Assembly: GCF_963921235.1 (NCBI RefSeq)
Contig: NC_086118.1
Location: 23,686,001 to 23,750,000, forward strand
DNA from: Mobula hypostoma
Lineage: Eukaryota
DNA: 64,000 nucleotides
Reading direction: 5' to 3'
Of the stretch, positions 11,900 to 23,085 are shown in pieces; position 1 is the first letter of the stretch, and every line of letters begins with the position of its first letter. The notes under the pieces were generated by a model, which searched no databases, was not told the DNA's origin, and saw only the letters and a list, made by a program, of their open reading frames with translations. Position numbers and translations under genes: made by a program.

Positions 11900-14061
11900 A
11901 GTGACAGGGACAAACAGCCAGTTCAGAGGACCCCACTTAGGCCTGGGTCTGACTGTTGGGCAGACCCCGCCTCTGTAGTTCTTCCCCACAGTGAGGAAGG
12001 ATGGGCTTTGGATTGGTGTGTCCTCAGAGATATCAAACTGGTGGGAGAGAGCATCGGGCTTGGTATTCCTGTTGCCAGGACAGCAGGCGAGGATGAAATT
12101 AAACCAGGTGAGGAAGAGAGCCCAACGGGTGTGATGGGAATTGAGTCTCTTGCTGCCGCGAATGTAGAACAGGTTTCTTTGATCTGTCCACTCCAGAAAG
12201 GCCTGCTCTGCACCCCCCGCCCCCCCCACCCCAGTCCAGCCACTGGCACCATGCCTCCTTGGCAGCTAGAAGTTCTCGGTTCCCAACATCATAATTAAAC
12301 TCAGCTGGAATCAAACATTGGGAAAGAAAAGTACAAGGGTGCAGCTGATTATTGATAGAAAAGCACTGGGATCGTGCAGTACCAGCTCCTCTTTGATGTG
12401 TTCTTCCCTGGCCATTGTTTCAGGACAAGACCGGGAAAAAAAGCCACCCATGGGGAGGACTGATACAGGTTAAGAGGTCAAAGGTGCAGTCGTATGACTG
12501 GTATGGAGGCAGGGAGGTGGCTTGTACTTACTGAAGACCTCAGGAAGGCTGGACATTCAGAGGGAACACCGGACAGGTTCATACCAGCAGCTGGCACAGG
12601 AGAGGCTACACTGGCGGGGGCTTGAGCTGTTGAGCTGGACCCAGGCAGGTAGCAAGCATGACCTACTCTTGGGATGCCTTTAGAGATCAATCAATCCATG
12701 GGTTGTGCTGAGATAGCCAGGGAAGGCCAAGCACCAGTGGAAGTTCAGTCGGATGAACAAGATACAAGGAGAGCTGTTCCCTATAGTTGCCTTCTAGTAC
12801 AAGTTTGAACAGTACCGTGGAAAGGAGAATCCTGCTGGTGCCCAGAGACTTGATGTCAATATGCTCTCACAAATGTTGAGTGGGAACTCCCTTCTTTGAA
12901 CCAGAGAGATATCCATGAGGTTCTTGACTGCTCTGGAGTCAATGAATGCCAGAAGCTCATGGATCTGGGACACATAAGGCAGGGAAGCTGGGAGCCTTAT
13001 TCAATTAGGCAAGGATGCCTGCAGAGAGAATCAACCATCAGAATTCCCCTTCTTGCTGACAGTCAACCCCCTCACCCCATGCAGGAAGATCAAATACTCT
13101 CTTGAACTTGACTACAAATTCCTGGAAAGACGCGGCTGCAAGGGATCACTGATCTCGTGGATTGTTGAACAGTCTGAGCAGGGGTCCATCTAAGAGTTAC
13201 ACCACGAAAGCTAGTCACTGAACCAGCTTGCCTGAGCTTGGAAAATCAGCTCACACGGGTAATGAATTTCCTGCTGTCGTCGGGGTCACCAGTGTATCTG
13301 CCTGGTGGAGGAATACTTGGATCAGGTCCAGAAGCTGCTAAGGAAAACAGTGCGTTAGTGACTGAGGCTGATGAGACCACGATAGAGGTGCTGATGTAGG
13401 GAGTGGGTCTGTCCTGACTCCTAGCATCTGAAGGCCTCTGAAAAGCGGCAGCAAGAGCACCAATGGCGGCCCCCCGATTCTGGCTGTCTGTTGTGAGTTG
13501 CTGGACTGTCGCTGTGAGCGCTGACACCTGTTCTTCAAGCTTAAACCGGGCTTGCCCCTTTGAAAGTACTTGTCACACTGCACCAGTCATTTCTGCCAAC
13601 TCGGTCTCCACTGACTTTGACATCTCCTGCATCTGACCAACAATCTTTGGTTTGGGTTTGGCTTACCTCTGAGAGAGTAGTTGATGCACGGTGTGAGTCA
13701 CTTTTGCCAACCCAGACTCCACTGGCTTTAACTTCTCTCTTACTTGGCCAACAAACTTCAGGGCCAATTTCAGCTATCTTCTCTCCGCAGGGTCTATTTT
13801 GAAGGTGGAGTCTTGTTGACATGGTGTTCAGCGATGGCCCAAGTGCAAGGGAAAGGACATAGCAGTGGAATGAACATCTTGCTGGTTTTTAACAAGAACT
13901 GTATGGAACAAAGGGAAAATAATACAAATGTTTATAAATGCTAGGCAAACAGAACTGCTAACTAAAACTCTCAAACTAAAATCTAACGCCATCAGTACAG
14001 CTGAGAAGCAGTAACTAAATACTAAATTAATACCGCTCCTTTACAGCATCAATCTAACTTG

Positions 14062-14387
14062 TAATTTTCTTTCCCAGAACATAGATTAAGGTAAACTGGG
14101 AGCATTGCCATCATTGTGCTTTGAACTTGTTTAGATCAGTTTTTGGTTTAGTTTAGTTTAGTTTTTTTTCTACTCTGGGTTTTTTTTCTTGATATTTTTT
14201 CATTTTTCTTTTTATCATGGTTAATTATATTAAGAGTTTGGGAGGTCTAATATACTTGTATTGTCTGTAGTTTTTACTTGCATATGTCAATTACCAATAA
14301 TGTTATCCCAATCTCTTTGTATTAGTACTGCTACTACGTTTATGAATTTGAAAATTAATAAAAAGATTAAAAAAGAAAGAAAGAAAA
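14062..14387 (+). mobile_element. T-rich 3'UTR with A-rich tail (probable L1/Tx1-type 3' end) inserted in the chromovirus 5' LTR
   Basis: T-rich body, AATAAA, then aagattaaaaaagaaagaaagaaaa. LTR homology with 10153 onward resumes immediately after. Confidence 0.55.
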
Positions 14388-14874
14388 GACTTGAGAAGAC
14401 TGAAATGAGAGGAAGAGAGATACAACCAGTAGGAAACCCTAATTGGCTGGAATGTGCATTCTCGCCAGCATAATTGCTGACCCCTTTCAGCTGCCAGCTT
14501 GCAAGAGCGCCCAGACTCTGTGGCAGAGTCCGTGATTGTGCCATTCAGTTTTCATACCATTGGGCTGTAAGCTAACCGAGCAGAACATGTTCTTTCAGTC
14601 TATGTTTAGCAGTTCCAGTGGAGAAGTGAAGGACAGACAGATCAGTGTGGGAATGGTAAGATAAATGAAGAAAACATGCACCCAAAAGCTTAAGATGATC
14701 ACTGTGGACAGAGAGCAGGTGATTCCACAAATCAGTTGCCTGGACGGTGCTTGGTATCACCAATATAGAGGAAGTCACATTGCAAGCAGTTAACGCCATC
14801 GACCAGTTTTGAAGAGGTGCAGGTGCATTTCATTTCACCTGGATGATGCTGAAGGGCAAGGTAAAGGGACACCT

Positions 14875-15115
14875 AGCTCATCACCATCTGAACTGCCACT
14901 GGTGCTTGGCCTTCCCTGGGTATCTCAGCACAACCCATGGATTGACTGGTCTCTAAAGGTGTTCCAAGAGTAGAGCATACTTGGTCCGGTGTTCCATCTG
15001 AATATGCTTTCTTTCTTGAGGTCATTTGTAAGAACAAACAACCTCCCTGCCTTCATACCAGTCAGATGACTGCACCATTGACATCTTAACCTGTACTAGT
15101 CCTCCCTAAGGGTGC
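14875..15115 (+). mobile_element. Second, oppositely oriented fragment of the same chromovirus family (protease end/RT start)
   Basis: LPLVLGLPWVSQHNPWIDW; the nucleotide sequence matches the reverse complement of about 12445-12760, with an internal deletion. Confidence 0.85.
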
Positions 15116-15179
15116 TAGAGGACAGGGCAGGGTGAGTGAGGACAGATATCAGGTAACCCCTCTACCTCTTCATGTTCTG

Positions 15180-15181
<2 letters not shown>

Positions 15182-15230
<49 letters not shown>

Positions 15231-15248
15231 ACACACACACACACTCAC
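15182..15248. repeat. (CA)n microsatellite
   Basis: About 33 CA units with two CT interruptions. Confidence 0.97.
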
Positions 15249-15249
15249 C

Positions 15250-15530
15250 TATCCAACTAGTTTGCTTCATCCTTCCAACTCAACCCACCCTACTCATATG
15301 GTTTAATTTGCCCCTTGTTCCCTCCCTATGTGGCTCCATCAATCACCTATCAACCTCTGTCCCAACCCCTTCGTAATGCAATACTCTGGCTATCCTTTCT
15401 GTTCCTTCTCACTCCTGATGTAGGGTTTCGACCCAAAACACCTTTTGCCTGCAAAAATGTCTCCTGCCACTCTGAGTTGTTTCAACCTTATATTTCTATT
15501 TTCAGTTCTGACACCTGCAGTCTCCTTTAT
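15250..15530 (+). mobile_element. Degraded Penelope-like 3' end
   Basis: C/T-rich spacer, then ctcctgatgtagggtttcgacccaaaaca (decayed hammerhead), ctgagt.. and a cacctgcagtc tail, as in the other copies. Confidence 0.6.
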
Positions 15531-17234
15531 CTTCAAATGTTATGGTTCATTGCATCTTTGTGGACATTTAAAGAAAACTATATTGTTTTGTAAACTGAGC
15601 AATCAAAATTAAGAGCAAGAAAATATAAGTCCAAGTGGACTGTCTAAATACTGTTTGAGTACCATTGGACAAGAGAACAAGGCTTGATTCCACAATTTGA
15701 GCAATAATCAGCTTGCTGATGATTTCCTTCACATCTAATTACAAATTCTAAAAGGCGGCTGTTCCTGCATAATTCAAAAAAAATTCCTTTGGGGCAACAC
15801 TTTGCAAAATGAATTGTATGTTAGAACTGGATAGCCCAAGAAACAACAAAAATTCTATCCCAAAGCCAGCCATTTCTTTCTTATGCTAAAATCATTTGTT
15901 ATGTTGCAAAAACAGTGAGATTAGTGCAAGAAATACAGAATGAAATTAATATTTTGGGAATAAAATCACTATCTGATGAACTGTGAAGATCATCTGCATT
16001 GTATGCAGCAATGTGAGCTGCTTTTATAAAACTCATAAATATTGAAAAGCCTGCACGTACTCTTTCTTCTTCAGTGAGGATGGTGACTGTTAATTACACA
16101 GACAGGATTATGGGTTGCTCTGTGGCTGTCTTTGTATGGAGGACAAATCTGAAAGACCATTTGATCTGTTTATTATGAATTCCTGATTCAAAACTCCTTT
16201 ATCATGCAAAGAGAGATGCACCTGTAGCTTTAATCAGGTGGCTGCACAAGTGCAGACTGGTAATAGAGTTTTCAAAGAATATAGTAATGCAAAGAGCTCT
16301 TTCAAAAGTTCGATTTCCAAAATAATCTCGTCACCTAGAAAGTTTCATCTAATATAACATGTAGCTTTAATTTCCATTTGCAAGCATCTAAATTCCCTTC
16401 GTTTGATCTTGATCTGTTTAGACAAGGTTATCCCCTCTGGCGTGTGAGGAAACATGAACTACCACAGCAGAGAAATGCTAGGCAGTGGATAATCCATCTG
16501 AAAGGATTGGAGGAAAGTTATCTGCATTTCATGTCCGATGACCTTAGAGTCTTCCTCCAAGGTTAAATGAACTGTCTGCTGGTTGTTCCTCTCTCTCCTG
16601 AAAACAATATGTAACCCATGCTGAATCTCTGCAAACTCTCAGTTTGGCGCACTTTTCGGATCCTTATTACTGTGACTTTAGTCTAAATGGCGTATAGAAT
16701 TGAAAAACATGCTAAAATGGTGAAAGAAATAAATATGTATCAAATCTTCCATTTAGAACTGACAAATGCTGCCTTTTGGATATTTTATCCTTCAAACATT
16801 CTTTCCTCTTTGATAAAAGGTTTTATCTCTTCCCGGCTGTATGGTCCCACAGGTACTAAGTAGGAATCATTTGTAAGAGTGGGCCACTCTGCCCATCAGT
16901 CCTGTTCTGTTATTGAATAAGGTAATGGCTGATCTCACTGTAACCTCAATTCAGCATTCCCATCTATCATTCACCTCAGTGTAACCACAGCTCACCTCAG
17001 CATCAACCCTTCATCCGCTCCCAAGCTCCCCTCACCTTTAGTACATTCTGCTAACCTTAAGTCCCTATTCTCATGAAAGTTAATCATGATTTCTACAGAG
17101 TAATTGATGGTGGCTATTACAATCCAGCCTAGCATGTTGTGCTTTATTTATTTTGAGTAATGTGTGACTAATTCTAACTCAAGATGCGAGTCTATTTAAA
17201 TATATGACAAATACTGAATGTACCACTATTATTG

Positions 17235-17551
17235 TGTTGGCATGTGGCCAAGTGGTTAAGGCGTTGGTCTAGTGATCTGAAGGTCACTTATTCGAGCCTC
17301 AGCTGAGGCAGCGTATTGTGTCCTTCAGCAAGGCACTTAACCACACATTGCTCTGCAGTGACACCAGTGCCAAGCTGTATCGGCCCTAGTGCTCTTCCCT
17401 TGGACAACATTGGTGGCGTGGAGAGGGGAGACTTGCAGCATGGGCAACTGCCGGTCTTCCATACAACCTTGCCCAGGCCTGCACCCTGGAAACTTTCCAA
17501 GGCGCAAATCCATGGTCTCACGAGACTAACAGATGCCTATTTTTCTCTTTA
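17235..17551 (+). mobile_element. tRNA-derived SINE with CORE-like domain, full length
   Basis: A box TGGCCAAGTGG, B box aTTCGAGCC, CORE-like gtgtccttcagcaaggcacttaacc; 13-bp TSD accactattattg/actactattattg; second copy at 60697-60990. Confidence 0.9.
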
Positions 17552-18552
17552 ACTACTATTATTGAACATATGACTTTAACAGTCATTCACACAACATTAG
17601 CATGTGTATATAAATCTTCGGGTGTTTGCAGGTAAAAGAGAAAGAGAGAAGCCGAGTTAAACCAGATTACTGAAAGGTGATTATCGCAAATAGAAAAATC
17701 ATGAAGTATTTTGTGATCATTGTAAGGCAGTTTCCATAAACCTAAGCACTAACTTTGAAATCTCTCCTGGAGAATCTACAGACCATCCCAGATTAACTCC
17801 AAGTGCAAACACTGACAAGAACCAGGACAAGCAGGGAGATCCTTAATAATTTTCTTTAAAAAATGGCTTAACAATTATTCCTTAATTTAGGTACAAGCGG
17901 TAACTGATAATGGTTAATTAACGCAATTTTATGTTTTCGTGCCACCACCCGGCTTTTTTTGAAAATCTGAAAGTCTTTCCATAAATTGTGCATAGCCGCA
18001 TTCTAGTTAGTTTGAAGTTTTACTCTGCAACTTTCACAGACAAAATCTTTCAAAACAAATCCATTAATTAACATGCCTCCAAAGGTCTAGTTAATTTTTG
18101 GAGCTACATTGAAGGAACACAAATGAGTGAAGTTCATGAAAGCACATGCTTAGTGCATGAATGTTTTGTGAAAGAGAAATGCACCAAGTAGCACAAAAGT
18201 TATTGAAATTCAAATTTCATCAGCTATTAGGAATCATACCGCCTACTTGTTGACTCTCTTACCCAATGAGATGTCTTGATAATAGATCAAATCAACTTTA
18301 TGCTTAAGAAGTTTTGGAGAGTATATCAGACACTGATCTACAATACAACATAATGATGGAAGGCTACTATGTATCAAGGACTGGAGAAAGGAAACTATTG
18401 GTTTTTGCATTGCACTGAGGATGAAAGAAAACAGTCACCAGTAGACGACAGGCAGGAGTGAAATGAAGGAATGAATGCTAAATGAGACACAAGTGGCAAG
18501 ATTCCCTGCTAATATCAAAGAAGTAGACACACAACATTGTGAGGATGAAAGA

Positions 18553-18656
18553 AACATCCTGATGAAGGGTTTCGGCCCGAAATGTTGATTGTTTACTCTT
18601 TTCCGTAGATGCTGCCTGGTCTGCTGAGTTCCTCCAGCAGTTGGTGTCTATTACTC
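18553..18656 (+). mobile_element. Short Penelope-like 3' insertion starting at the hammerhead motif
   Basis: CTGATGA(18559)-agggtttcggccc-GAAA-tg-TT-gat; flanked by the direct repeat AGGATGAAAGA (18542-18552, 18657-18667). Confidence 0.85.
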
Positions 18657-19760
18657 AGGATGAAAGAGCTATAGGAGAAACACAAAAATGAGAGGGTGGG
18701 AGAAGTGGCTGTTTTGGTGGGCAGGTGGGGGAGGGGAGTTCAAAATTGGAGGGAATTCAGTTTTCTTGGCAGATTCTTACATTTTTAGCAAAGGAATTTC
18801 CACAATGTGTTCAGCAGAAAACATAAATTCACATTTGTTTACCTTCGAAATTGCTCCTATTTATTTGTGCATCTTATTTCACTGCTTTTTCTTCATTCCG
18901 TTAAATTTATGCTAGCACTTTTCCTTCGATGAACACTTATGTATCTGAGTATAAAAATACAGTATCGTCAGTGAAATTCTCACACAAGTAATAGGTCTCC
19001 TATCTGAAAGTCACAACATTGATTCTGGGACTAATGATTAAAGCGATGTCTTTCAAGTTAAAACTTTAGAAACAGTTTCAATGATAAGATGGAGGAGACA
19101 ATTGGATTTTGTGCTGTTCCCTGAGTTGCTCAACTGAGAAAAGTTCAATGACATTAAGTGCAAATGACAGTCAAATTTGCTGTGAATTTAAAGTTTCTAT
19201 AACAGTTGCTCCTAATAGTTTGTTCTTTTTGTAATCCTTTATTTGTTTTGTTTGATACAATATAAAGCATAGCCTAGAACCAAGCATGTAAAGGATAACT
19301 TTGATCATTTCCCAGGACATTGCATATATTTACAGGCAATTAATTACATTTTAAAGTACAGCTTTGTTATGTAAGCAAGTATAGCTGACAACTGTGTACT
19401 TAAGGGCCCCAGAAATAACACACAAGTGGTGATCTATTTCCAATGGTGTTGGCTGGGAGGAGAATCTAGGTTAGACGTCAGGAAAAATTCTACTCTTAGA
19501 CATTTGGTATTTTTTATGCCAACCAGAATAGGTAGGGCCTCCTTTTAACATCTGTTCTAATAACTTTGTATATTTTCAGCACTTCACTTAGGTCTAGGTT
19601 ACATGATCAAACACAGCAGTAGAGATTTGAGTAAATTAAATAAATTAGAATAATGCCTTGAAGTGAGGATAAATTATGTGATTTCAGGCTCAAAGTGACT
19701 TAGGCTCCTGGAATGAGAGTACTCTTGCTACAGAAGAAGAGAAGCATTCTTTAGAATAGA

Positions 19761-19888
19761 ACTCTGATGAAGGGTCTCAACCTGAAACATCGACTGTTTA
19801 TTCCTCTCCACAAATGCTGCCTGACCTGCTGAGTTTCTCCACATGTTACGGGTATTTCTCTAGAATTCCTGCATCTGCACAATCACTT
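19761..19888 (+). mobile_element. Short Penelope-like 3' end starting at the hammerhead motif
   Basis: CTGATGA-agggtctcaacct-GAAA-ca-TC-gact followed by the conserved gctgcctgacctgctgagt.. tail. Confidence 0.8.
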
Positions 19889-19977
19889 GGATAATGAATA
19901 AAATATTATGCCACATATCTTAAGCATGGGTACTTTCTACTGCCTGGAGTTTTGGCATTCAATTTGAATATCTGATC

Positions 19978-20056
19978 CAGGGGTTCCAAACCTTTTATAT
20001 AGCATGGGCCTCGACCATTAATTGAGGAATTCATGGACCCAGGCTGGGAGCCCTTG
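19978..20056. mobile_element. 79-bp hAT-type MITE
   Basis: Imperfect TIRs caggggttccaaacc / ggctgggagcccttg; 8-bp flanks atctgatc/tactgatc. Confidence 0.7.
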
Positions 20057-20147
20057 TACTGATCCAATAGTCTCGTATTTGAACCAGAAAAAGTAACTCA
20101 ATCAAATACAGTAAAAGATGGACACACTCAACAGGACAGATATCATC

Positions 20148-21350
20148 CGTGGAGAGAAAATGGGTGTGTGAGGGCTGGGGGGTGACGGGGGGAGAGGGGG
20201 GAAGAGAGAGGGGGAGAGAGAGAGAGGGAGTGGGAGAGAGGGTTGAGAGAGACAGGTGTGGAGAGAGAGAGCTGTGGAGAGAGAGGGGTGTGGCGAGAGA
20301 AGGGTGTGGAGAGAGAGGGGTATGGAGAGAGAGGAGTGGAGAGAGAAGGGAGAGGGCGGAGAGAGGGGGTGAGAGAGAGGGGTAGGAAAGAGGGTTGAGA
20401 GAGACAGGTGTGGAGAGCGAGAGGTGTGGAGAGAGAGGGTGGAGAGAGAGAGAGGATGGAGAGAGACAGGTGTGGAGAGAGAGAGGGTGGAGAGAGAGAG
20501 GTGTGGAGAGAGAGAGGTATGGAGAGAGAGAGGGTGGAGAGAGGGATTAGAGAGAGGGGGAGAGAGGAGAGGAGAGAGAGGGTGGAGAGAGAGGGGGAGA
20601 GGGGGAGAGAGGGGGTGAGAGAGAGGGGTGGGAGAGAAGGTTGAGAGAGACAGGTGTGGAGAGAGAGAGCTGTGGAGAGAGGGGTTGGAGAGAGGAGTGG
20701 AGAGAGAGGGTGGAGAGGGGGAGAGAGGGGGTGGGAGAGAAGGTTGAGAGAGACAGGTGTGGAGAGAGAGCGGTGTGGAGAGAGAGAGCTGTGGAGAGAG
20801 AGAGGGTGGAGAGAGAGAGCTGTGGAGAGAGAGAGGGTGGAGAGAGGGATTGGAGAGAGGGGTCGGAGAGAGGAGTGGAGAGAGAGGGTGGAGAGAGAGA
20901 GGGTGGAGAGAGACAGGTGTGGAGAGAGAAGGGTGTGGAGAGAGGTGTGGAGAGAGGGATTGGAGAGAGGGGTTAGAGAGAGGGGTTAGAGAGAGTGGGG
21001 GTGGAGATAGAGAGGGTGGAGAGAGAGGGTGGAGAGGGGGAGAGAGAGGGTGAAAGAGAGGGATGGGAGAGAGGGTTGAGAGCAACAGATGTGGAGAGAG
21101 GGGTGTGGAGAGAGAGAGGGTGGAGAGAGGGATTGGAGAGAGAGAGGGTGGAGAGAGGGATTGGAGAGAGGGGTTGGAGAGAGCGGAGTGGAGAGAGAGG
21201 GTTGGAAAGAGAGGGGTCGAGAGAGAGAGTGGAGAGAGAGGATGGAGAGAGAAGGTGGAGAGAGAGAGGGGGAGAGAGGGAGGATGAGAGAAAGAAGGAG
21301 AGGGAAGGGAAGGGTATGGGGAGGGGGAGAGGGGAGAGGAAGAGAAGGGG
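20148..21350. repeat. GA-rich polypurine complex tandem repeat (about 1.2 kb)
   Basis: Shuffled units such as gagagacaggtgtggagag, gagagggtggagag and gggattggagagag; very few pyrimidines on the + strand. Confidence 0.95.
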
Positions 21351-22309
21351 TTTATTAACATTTCAGGTCATTGATTCCTCACCTGGATTACATTTTCTGT
21401 TCCAATGTCTGAAGTGTACCCATGTAGACTTTCTGTTTCAGGTTACACTCCCTTCTTTGTCATTCCAAAGTAAACTAGTACCTTCTACTCAACACCATGA
21501 TCTGTAAACATCGGAACTGTCTAGACAGCACTTCCCTTTCGAGTGTTTTTCTTTCATGATGCAATGATTCACAATAAAAGACACTGAGCAACCGTACCTT
21601 GGCCACAGCAATCTATCATTAGTCATTCTGCCGTATCAAACAGTGACAGAACCCTAACTCACCATATACTTCAAAGAAGTTATTATTCTTGTCAAAGAGC
21701 AATCAGTGTTTGAAGACTGCAGGAGGATTTGTAGAAAACAAAGACTGATGTACATTCCTGAATGTATAATTAGACAAAATTATCAACGTATTTAATATTA
21801 GGAATCTGTAGGTGTCCATCCATTCTATCATTAAATATTGTAATTGTTTTTTGAATCCATATTGTTTATATTTTTGATCAAGACTTCTCTCTTACTTTTA
21901 AATTCTGATGCTTTTAATTGCAGAATAAGTGCATAAAGATGTTTATTTATAAAGGCAATTTTTTTGTTAAAGCATTGTGAATTATACATTTAAAAATGGG
22001 AAGAATCTAAATCTACATGTATCTGGTCTGATGATGGACCCTAGGCAATGTAGCGATATAACCACACTTAACTTATGAAAAACATTTTGAAGGCAAGTTG
22101 CACATTAATTCATTTCTGTTGAAGAAATTTGTATCTTGAAACAGGATTTTAGAGGCACCAAGTGCTACAGCATGAATCAGGCCCTTCAGCCTCACCTGTT
22201 CATGCCATCAAGATCCCCAATTAAGATAATCCTATTTGCCAACGTCATTAGTGCACATGTAGAATTAATGTAGATCGTTATGTATGTACATTACTAAGGT
22301 ATATTTGAA

Positions 22310-23047
22310 CAATCTCTTCAGCCCATGTCGTTGTGCCCAACTAATTAATTTTATGACCTCTAATTACTCTAATCCCTTTTGCCCACACAATGTCCATATT
22401 CCTCCATTTTATGTATATTCATCTGCCTATCCAAGATCCCCTTAAGCACTCTTACGTACCTGCTTTCACCAGGACCCCAGTCTGTGCATTCCAGGCACCC
22501 ATCACTCTTTGTGTAAAACTACTTGCCTAGACATCTCCTTTGACCTTTTCCCTCTCACCTTAAAAGCATGCCATCTAGTATTAGGCATTTTGACCCTGGA
22601 AAGAAAATACCAGCTGTCTTACTTTATCAATGTCTCTCATAAACTTCCATCTGGTTCTCTGCTGCTCCAAAGAAAATAACCCTGGTGTGTCCAACTTCTC
22701 TTTATAGCACATCCTTGAGCCATCCATGTAAACCTCTTCTGCACCTTCCATATTGCCTCCAAGTGCTTCCTATAATGGGTGACCTGAAAGGAATGTAATA
22801 CTCCAGGTGTGGCCTAACTAGGATTTTATGAAGCTGCAACGTAACTTCCTTACTCTTGGACTCAATGGCTCAACTACTAAAGGAAAGTATACAATATGCC
22901 TTTTCTATCACCCAATCAACCTGTGTGGCCACTTCCAGGGACTTACAACTTGGACCCTAAGATCCCTCTGCACATCAACGCTAATGAGAATCATGTTTTT
23001 ATATACTTTCTCTATGTGTTTGATCTCCCAAAGATCAACACCTCACA
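22310..23047 (-). mobile_element. Old CR1-type LINE 3' fragment
   Basis: Degenerate parallel of 24590-25325 (e.g. cattccaggcacccatcactct, tactccaggtgtggcctaac). Confidence 0.75.
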
Positions 23048-23085
23048 GATGCCCAGAACCTGAAAGGTTCATTGTCTAGAAACCA

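Larger units (their letters stand above)
10093..14543 (-). mobile_element. Decayed chromodomain-containing Ty3/Gypsy element (sushi/chromovirus-like)
   Basis: LTR segments 10153-10318 and 14388-14543 align; PPT-like run at about 10321-10335. gag start (ATA)GACCCTGCGGAG = MDPAE-like at about 13797, and PPGRYTGDP. Protease AFIDSRAVKNLMD at about 12930; RNaseH NYDVGNRELLA; integrase PWSHLSVDFIT..FRLHGFP; GPY/F-like ..IHPVFHVSQLK; chromodomain VYSVRCLL..*EGYGPEE at about 10400-10520. RT is largely deleted. Confidence 0.9.

Noticed and set aside
16378..16600. Possible exon (plus-strand 62-aa ORF, or minus-strand acceptor at 16598-16600)
   Set aside because: No convincing donor on either strand and no recognisable peptide; too weak to call.
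17239..17312. tRNA-like sequence with A and B boxes
   Set aside because: It is the head of a SINE: it continues into a CORE-like body, has TSDs and has a second copy at 60697-60990. Not a tRNA gene.
20102..21361. 419-aa Ser/Pro/Leu-rich ORF and overlapping Glu/Arg/Gly-rich ORFs
   Set aside because: By-products of the GA-rich repeat, which has few stop codons; no domain content.
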